Shown: positions 46,240 to 50,408 of the stretch, one piece after another
How positions within the stretch are numbered: the stretch's first letter is position 1
How the letters are laid out: each line of letters begins with the position of its first letter
From: Chloroflexota bacterium
Lineage (GTDB): Bacteria; Chloroflexota; Dehalococcoidia; Lucifugimonadales; Australimonadaceae
Length of the DNA stretch: 50,408 nt
Reading direction: 5' to 3'
Assembly: GCA_022561985.1 (NCBI GenBank)
Contig: JADFQE010000004.1
Location: 1-50,408, forward strand
The notes under the pieces: generated by a model
What the model was told of the DNA's origin: nothing
Databases searched by the model: none
Seen by the model: only the letters and a program-made list of their open reading frames with translations
Program-made: the position numbers and the translations under genes

Positions 46240-47514
46240 CTAGTAGCCGTATTTCCCAACCTCGGCGTATATCTCTCTCGTCCACGCGATCGCTTCGTCG
46301 CGTGCCGCGAACCACTCCGGCGTGCTCTGCGACAACGCCTGGGATGGATCAAGATCCTGGAGCAGGCTCCACTGGCGGTCCGAGACCCTGCCCTGCGTCA
46401 CGTCCGTCCGGAGCGACGGCGCGACGTCGGCGTCGTTGGTCAGGTCGTGCACGCTCTGCTGGCCCTCTCGTGAGAGTATCCAGTTGACGAAGAACTGCGC
46501 GGCTTTCGGGTGCGGCGCGTTCTTCATGACCGTCATGGTGCCCCGCACCTCCACCGCGCCGCCCTCCGAAAGCGTGCGCTCAAGCCGGCTCACCGGGATA
46601 CCCAGCTCCCCCATAGCCTCCATGTCCGACGACGCCTGGCCGGTGAACACCGCGACGTCGTACTTCCCGCGCCCCATACCATTCGCCAATCCGGCGAAGT
46701 CGCCGCCGGGCAGGAACGCCACGTCTTGGCTCCTGATGTACGGGTCGAGCCATTCCTTGCCGAGCAGGATCCACATCAGCGTCCGGTCGGTCACCACGCC
46801 CCCGTGATCGGGGTCCAGGATCGATACCATCCGCCCCTTCCACTCCGGCTTCAGGAAGTCCTGCCACGACCGCACCGAGTCGATCTCGGCCTGGCTCACC
46901 TTGTCGGTGTTGTAGAAGATCTCGATGATGTTGGGACGCATGCGGACTTCGTAGGCGGGCGAGTAGAGGTTGGCGGCGTCCGTCCATACCCACTCCGTCA
47001 GGAGCCAGTTCTGCGACCGGTCGACGACCTCGGGATGGATCATGAACTGCATGATCGGGACCACGGCGTCGGCCTTCACCAAGCGGTCCGTCGAGCTGCC
47101 GCCGACGAACGAGATGTCGACGGTGAACCTGCCGTTGGCCTGCTCGGCGAGGACCCTATTCGCGTTGTCCGTGCCGCTGCCCGTGGACTGCAGCACGGTG
47201 ATCCCGAACTTCTGGCCGAAGGCCTCGAAGATATCGCGGTCGCTCCGGCTCCCCGACGCGCCCAGGATCATGACGAGCTCGCCCTCTTCCCGTGCATCGG
47301 CGGCGAGCTGCGCCCACTCCACCTCGAAGGCCTCGGCCGCCGTCTGGGTCGGCGTCGGCTCGGGCGTCGGCGTCGGGATCGCCCCCGGCACCGGCGTTGC
47401 GGTCGCCGTCGGCACCGGCGTCGCCGTCGGCTCCTCCTGTCCGCACGCGGCCGCCACCGCCACGACGACGAGGCTCAGCAGCGCCAATCCGGCCATCTCT
47501 CGCATCTTACGCAT
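46240..47514 (-). CDS. ABC substrate-binding lipoprotein (paralog 2)
   Basis: Same motifs as paralog 1; GGAGG RBS before ATG 47514. Confidence 0.88.
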   Translation of the reverse strand: MRKMREMAGLALLSLVVVAVAAACGQEEPTATPVPTATATPVPGAIPTPTPEPTPTQTAAEAFEVEWAQLAADAREEGELVMILGASGSRSDRDIFEAFGQKFGITVLQSTGSGTDNANRVLAEQANGRFTVDISFVGGSSTDRLVKADAVVPIMQFMIHPEVVDRSQNWLLTEWVWTDAANLYSPAYEVRMRPNIIEIFYNTDKVSQAEIDSVRSWQDFLKPEWKGRMVSILDPDHGGVVTDRTLMWILLGKEWLDPYIRSQDVAFLPGGDFAGLANGMGRGKYDVAVFTGQASSDMEAMGELGIPVSRLERTLSEGGAVEVRGTMTVMKNAPHPKAAQFFVNWILSREGQQSVHDLTNDADVAPSLRTDVTQGRVSDRQWSLLQDLDPSQALSQSTPEWFAARDEAIAWTREIYAEVGKYGY

Positions 47515-47731
47515 CGCTTCGGCCTCCAGGTCTCGCCGCCTATCGTCTAGCTGCCTATCTTGGGATATGCCAAACCGTGGGCCTCGCTGCGTAACCCTGC
47601 GTCCATGAGCCAGCCGTCGCTGTTTCACCCGTGCGCGGCTGGGGCAGAAACGCCCTTCCACCAGCCCACGGCGGCTCAGAGGCCGTGAATCGAGTGAGTG
47701 GGCGCACCCTATCCAACCGCCCCCTGCCCGT

Positions 47732-47773
47732 CAAGTCGCTCGCGCTCCCGGGCAAGTCGCTCCCGCTCCAGGG
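47732..47773. repeat. 21-bp tandem duplication
   Basis: CAAGTCGCTCGCGCTCCCGGG / CAAGTCGCTCCCGCTCCAGGG. Confidence 0.6.
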
Positions 47774-47789
47774 CGCCGCGTGCGGGCGC

Positions 47790-49160
47790 TCAGCCGTCCT
47801 GCAGCAGCGGCCGGAGCGCCCGCACGCGAGCCCTCTCGTCCAGCGCCCACACCGCCCCGACGACCGCACGGGCGCGGTCCGCTCCCAGGACGCTCGCGAT
47901 GAGGTCGGTGGCCTTGGCCTCCACGTCCTCGCGCGTCATCGGGTTGTCGGACGTGCCCCTGACCGCGGGGACGTGGCGCTCGAGCACGCGGCCGTCCGTC
48001 AGCGTGACCCGCACCGTGGCGGGCCGCTGCCGCTCCATGTCCGCGAACTCCGGGGAGCCCGTGAGCGTGACCCGCGAGCGCATATCGAGCACGGCGGGGT
48101 CGTCCATGCGGCCGTCGGTGTGCGTGGCCTCGAAGGACAAGCTCCCGCCGTCCAGCAGGATCACCGCCATGGCGTACTGGCAGTTGATATCGGGCATCGA
48201 GCGGTCGTCGACGATCCGCGCCCCATTCGGCGGCAGCGCCACATCGACCTTCGCCACGGAGCCCGGCTCGATCCCGTGCTCGGCCACGAGGCTCGTCAGC
48301 GCCTCGGCCGCGGCCTGGATCGGCGATCCCACGGGGAACTTCTTGATGTTGGTCTCGGTGATCTCGTAGTGGGTCCCGAGGCTCTCGACCCACCCCGCGA
48401 GCTCGTCGCGGTCCGGACAGAAGACGTCCAGGAAGTTGAACTCGCCGCTGAAGACGTCCTCCTCGCCGGTGAGCCCGGCCTGGACGAACAGCGCGGACGT
48501 GACGCCGTTGCGCGCGCCCATCCCGCCGAAGACGAAGGCCTTCTCCACGTGCTCCGAGTCCCGCGCCCAGGACGTGATGCCCGAGGCCTGCTGCGCCGTG
48601 TAGGCGAGCGCGTGCCGGACGCCGCGTGCATCCAGCCCCGCCAGCGCCGCCGCGGCAGCGGCCGCCCCGAACATCGGGCCGATGGCATGCGTCGCGTGCC
48701 CGGAGACCCCGCGCGAGCCGATGCCGCCCATGGCGCGTCCGATGCGGCAGCCCACGTCGTAGCCGAGCGCCACCGCACGCAGGAGCGCCTCGCCGCTCGC
48801 GTCCTCGCGCTCGGCGACCGCGAGCGCCGCCGGCACGACGGCACACCCTGGGTGCGTGAGCGAGGGCGCGTGGGAGTCGTCGGTCTCGTCCGCGTGGGCG
48901 AGCATGGCATTCGCCATCGCGGCGTTCACGGCGGTCGTCACCACCTGCGAGCCGACGACCATGCTCTCCGGCGTCCCGCCGGACGAGGCGGCGAACCGCG
49001 TCGCCAGCACGCCGGGCTTGAGCCGGGAGCCCGTGACCATCGCGGCGATGGTATCCAGCACGTGGTGCTTGGTCTTCTCGATGACCTCGGGCGGCAGCGG
49101 GCGCGCGAGCGCCCCCGCGATGTACCCGGCGAGGCGCTCGATGAGCGAAGGTCCCGTCAT
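47790..49160 (-). CDS. MmgE/PrpD family protein
   Basis: HADETDDSH, THPGCAVVPAALA, IKKFPVGSPIQ, RGTSDNPMT. Confidence 0.9.
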   Translation of the reverse strand: MTGPSLIERLAGYIAGALARPLPPEVIEKTKHHVLDTIAAMVTGSRLKPGVLATRFAASSGGTPESMVVGSQVVTTAVNAAMANAMLAHADETDDSHAPSLTHPGCAVVPAALAVAEREDASGEALLRAVALGYDVGCRIGRAMGGIGSRGVSGHATHAIGPMFGAAAAAAALAGLDARGVRHALAYTAQQASGITSWARDSEHVEKAFVFGGMGARNGVTSALFVQAGLTGEEDVFSGEFNFLDVFCPDRDELAGWVESLGTHYEITETNIKKFPVGSPIQAAAEALTSLVAEHGIEPGSVAKVDVALPPNGARIVDDRSMPDINCQYAMAVILLDGGSLSFEATHTDGRMDDPAVLDMRSRVTLTGSPEFADMERQRPATVRVTLTDGRVLERHVPAVRGTSDNPMTREDVEAKATDLIASVLGADRARAVVGAVWALDERARVRALRPLLQDG

Positions 49161-49188
49161 GTTCATCTCCTCAGGCTGTCCGGCGGGA

Positions 49189-49920
49189 TCAGGCGCCGCC
49201 CTGGCCGCCGTTGACGTGGAGTGTCTGCCCCGTGATGTAGGCCGCGTCGTCGCTGGCGAGGAACGCGCAGGCCGCTGCGACGTCGCCGACCGTCCCCTTC
49301 CGGTCGCCCTCCTCGCCGAGGCCCTTCGGGTACCAGGCCGAGTCGCGGGTCGTGTCGATGATGCCCGGCGAGACGAGGTTGACGCGGATGTTGTGCGGCC
49401 CGAGCTCCCGCGCCAGAGAGCGGCCGAGCCCCACCAGGCCCATCTTGGCCGCCGAGATGTGCGCGCGCTCCTTCCCGCCCGAGAACGCACCGCCCCCCAC
49501 GATGAGCTGTATGTTCCCCGACCCGCGCTCGATCATGCCGGGCACGACGGCGCGCGTGCAGTAGAACGCGCCGTCGAGCACGACGCCGCGGACGCGCTCC
49601 CAGTCGTCGTCGGTGAGATCGACGAAGGGCTTCGACGGCCGGATCGCCGCGTTGTTGACGAGTATGTCGATCCGGCCCAGCTCCGCGATCGCGGCCTCGA
49701 CCATCGCGTCGACGGCCCTGCGGTCGGCCACGTCGGCGAGCACGGCGATCGCCCGCACGCCGAGCGCCCGCGCCTCGGCCGCCACCGCGTCCGCCTCCGC
49801 GGCGTTCGTGCGCGCGTTGACGACGACGTCCGCGCCGTCCGCCGCGAGCCTGAGGATGATCGCCCGGCCGATGTTGCGGCCGGAGCCCGTCACCAGCGCG
49901 ACGCGGCCTGCGAGACTCAT
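49189..49920 (-). CDS. Short-chain dehydrogenase/reductase (FabG-like)
   Basis: VTGSGRNIG, LVNNAA, HISAAK (HxxxK-like variant of YxxxK), YITGQTLHVNGG. Confidence 0.88.
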   Translation of the reverse strand: MSLAGRVALVTGSGRNIGRAIILRLAADGADVVVNARTNAAEADAVAAEARALGVRAIAVLADVADRRAVDAMVEAAIAELGRIDILVNNAAIRPSKPFVDLTDDDWERVRGVVLDGAFYCTRAVVPGMIERGSGNIQLIVGGGAFSGGKERAHISAAKMGLVGLGRSLARELGPHNIRVNLVSPGIIDTTRDSAWYPKGLGEEGDRKGTVGDVAAACAFLASDDAAYITGQTLHVNGGQGGA

Positions 49921-49947
49921 CGCGTGCACGCCTTCCGGCGTCCGGGC

Positions 49948-50408
49948 TCACTCAAAGTGCGCGCCCCCGTTCACCCCGAAGCACTGGCCCGTGATGTAGC
50001 CGGCATGGGCGCTCGCGAGGTACACGACGAGCGCAGCGACCTCGTCGGGCCGTCCGAACCGCGGGACCGGCACGCGCTCGCCGACGCGGCCCGCGATATC
50101 CTCGGCGCGCTCCATGCCGGGGTCGCGCTCGACCTCGATGGAACCGGGCGCGATGCAATTCGCGGTGACCCCGTGGGCGCCGAACTCGCTGGCGATACCG
50201 CGGGTGAAGCCGACCACGCCGAGCTTGGCCGCGCCCTTCGCCGGACCGCCGCCGGTATAGGCCGAGATGCCGGAGTAGTTGACGATGCGCCCCCACCCCC
50301 GCTCGACCATGCCGGGGAGCACCGCGCGGCAGGTGAAGAAGGGCCCATCGAGGTTGACGGCCATGCTCCGGCGCCACTCCTCGGTCGTCGTCTCGAGGAA
50401 CGGTCCCT
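49948..50408 (-). CDS. Short-chain dehydrogenase/reductase, 3' part; start outside the window
   Basis: VNLDGPF, WGRIVN, NCIAPG, YITGQCFGVNGG. Confidence 0.85.
   Translation of the reverse strand, partial: GPFLETTTEEWRRSMAVNLDGPFFTCRAVLPGMVERGWGRIVNYSGISAYTGGGPAKGAAKLGVVGFTRGIASEFGAHGVTANCIAPGSIEVERDPGMERAEDIAGRVGERVPVPRFGRPDEVAALVVYLASAHAGYITGQCFGVNGGAHFE

Noticed and set aside
46020-47440. Repetitive GGCGTC tracts resembling an array or CRISPR
   Set aside because: They encode the Pro/Thr linkers of the two lipoproteins; no repeat-spacer structure or cas genes in the window.
47760-47770. CTCCCGCTCCA matches the tRNA-Gly 3' end (possible attR)
   Set aside because: Only 11 bp in GC-rich DNA and part of a local tandem repeat; the interval would include mutL and mutY; no integrase is present.

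Overview
High-GC bacterial chromosomal window. Pro/Thr-linker lipoproteins, the HisG type, GH3/RdhA-like genes and many aromatic oxygenases suggest Chloroflexota (Dehalococcoidia/SAR202-like); this is inference. The left ~18 kb is housekeeping: tsaC (partial), guaA, purD, purE-purB-purC-purS, hisZ-hisG-hisD-hisC-hisB, birA, an MFS transporter, RidA and tRNA-Gly(TCC), with a frameshifted egtB and an internally deleted HAD phosphatase remnant. After the tRNA come a BNR/beta-propeller gene, a cytoplasmic reductive-dehalogenase-like gene, a GH3-family protein + membrane/GAF/PAS histidine kinase + stand-alone receiver operon, and a cupin + LigXa/LigZ/LigY-like aromatic catabolic cluster. Then mutY, a divergent Ham1, mutL, an ArsC/Spx-family gene with an in-frame UGA in a UxxC motif (probable selenoprotein, missed by the ORF track), egtD, an Fe(III) ABC module with a DtxR-like box, and a minus-strand catabolic/transport cluster. 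Top candidates: the GH3-kinase module with degenerate adenylation motifs, the selenoprotein, the LigX/Z/Y-like cluster and the RdhA-like gene. Family calls come from motif recognition by eye; no database searches were run.
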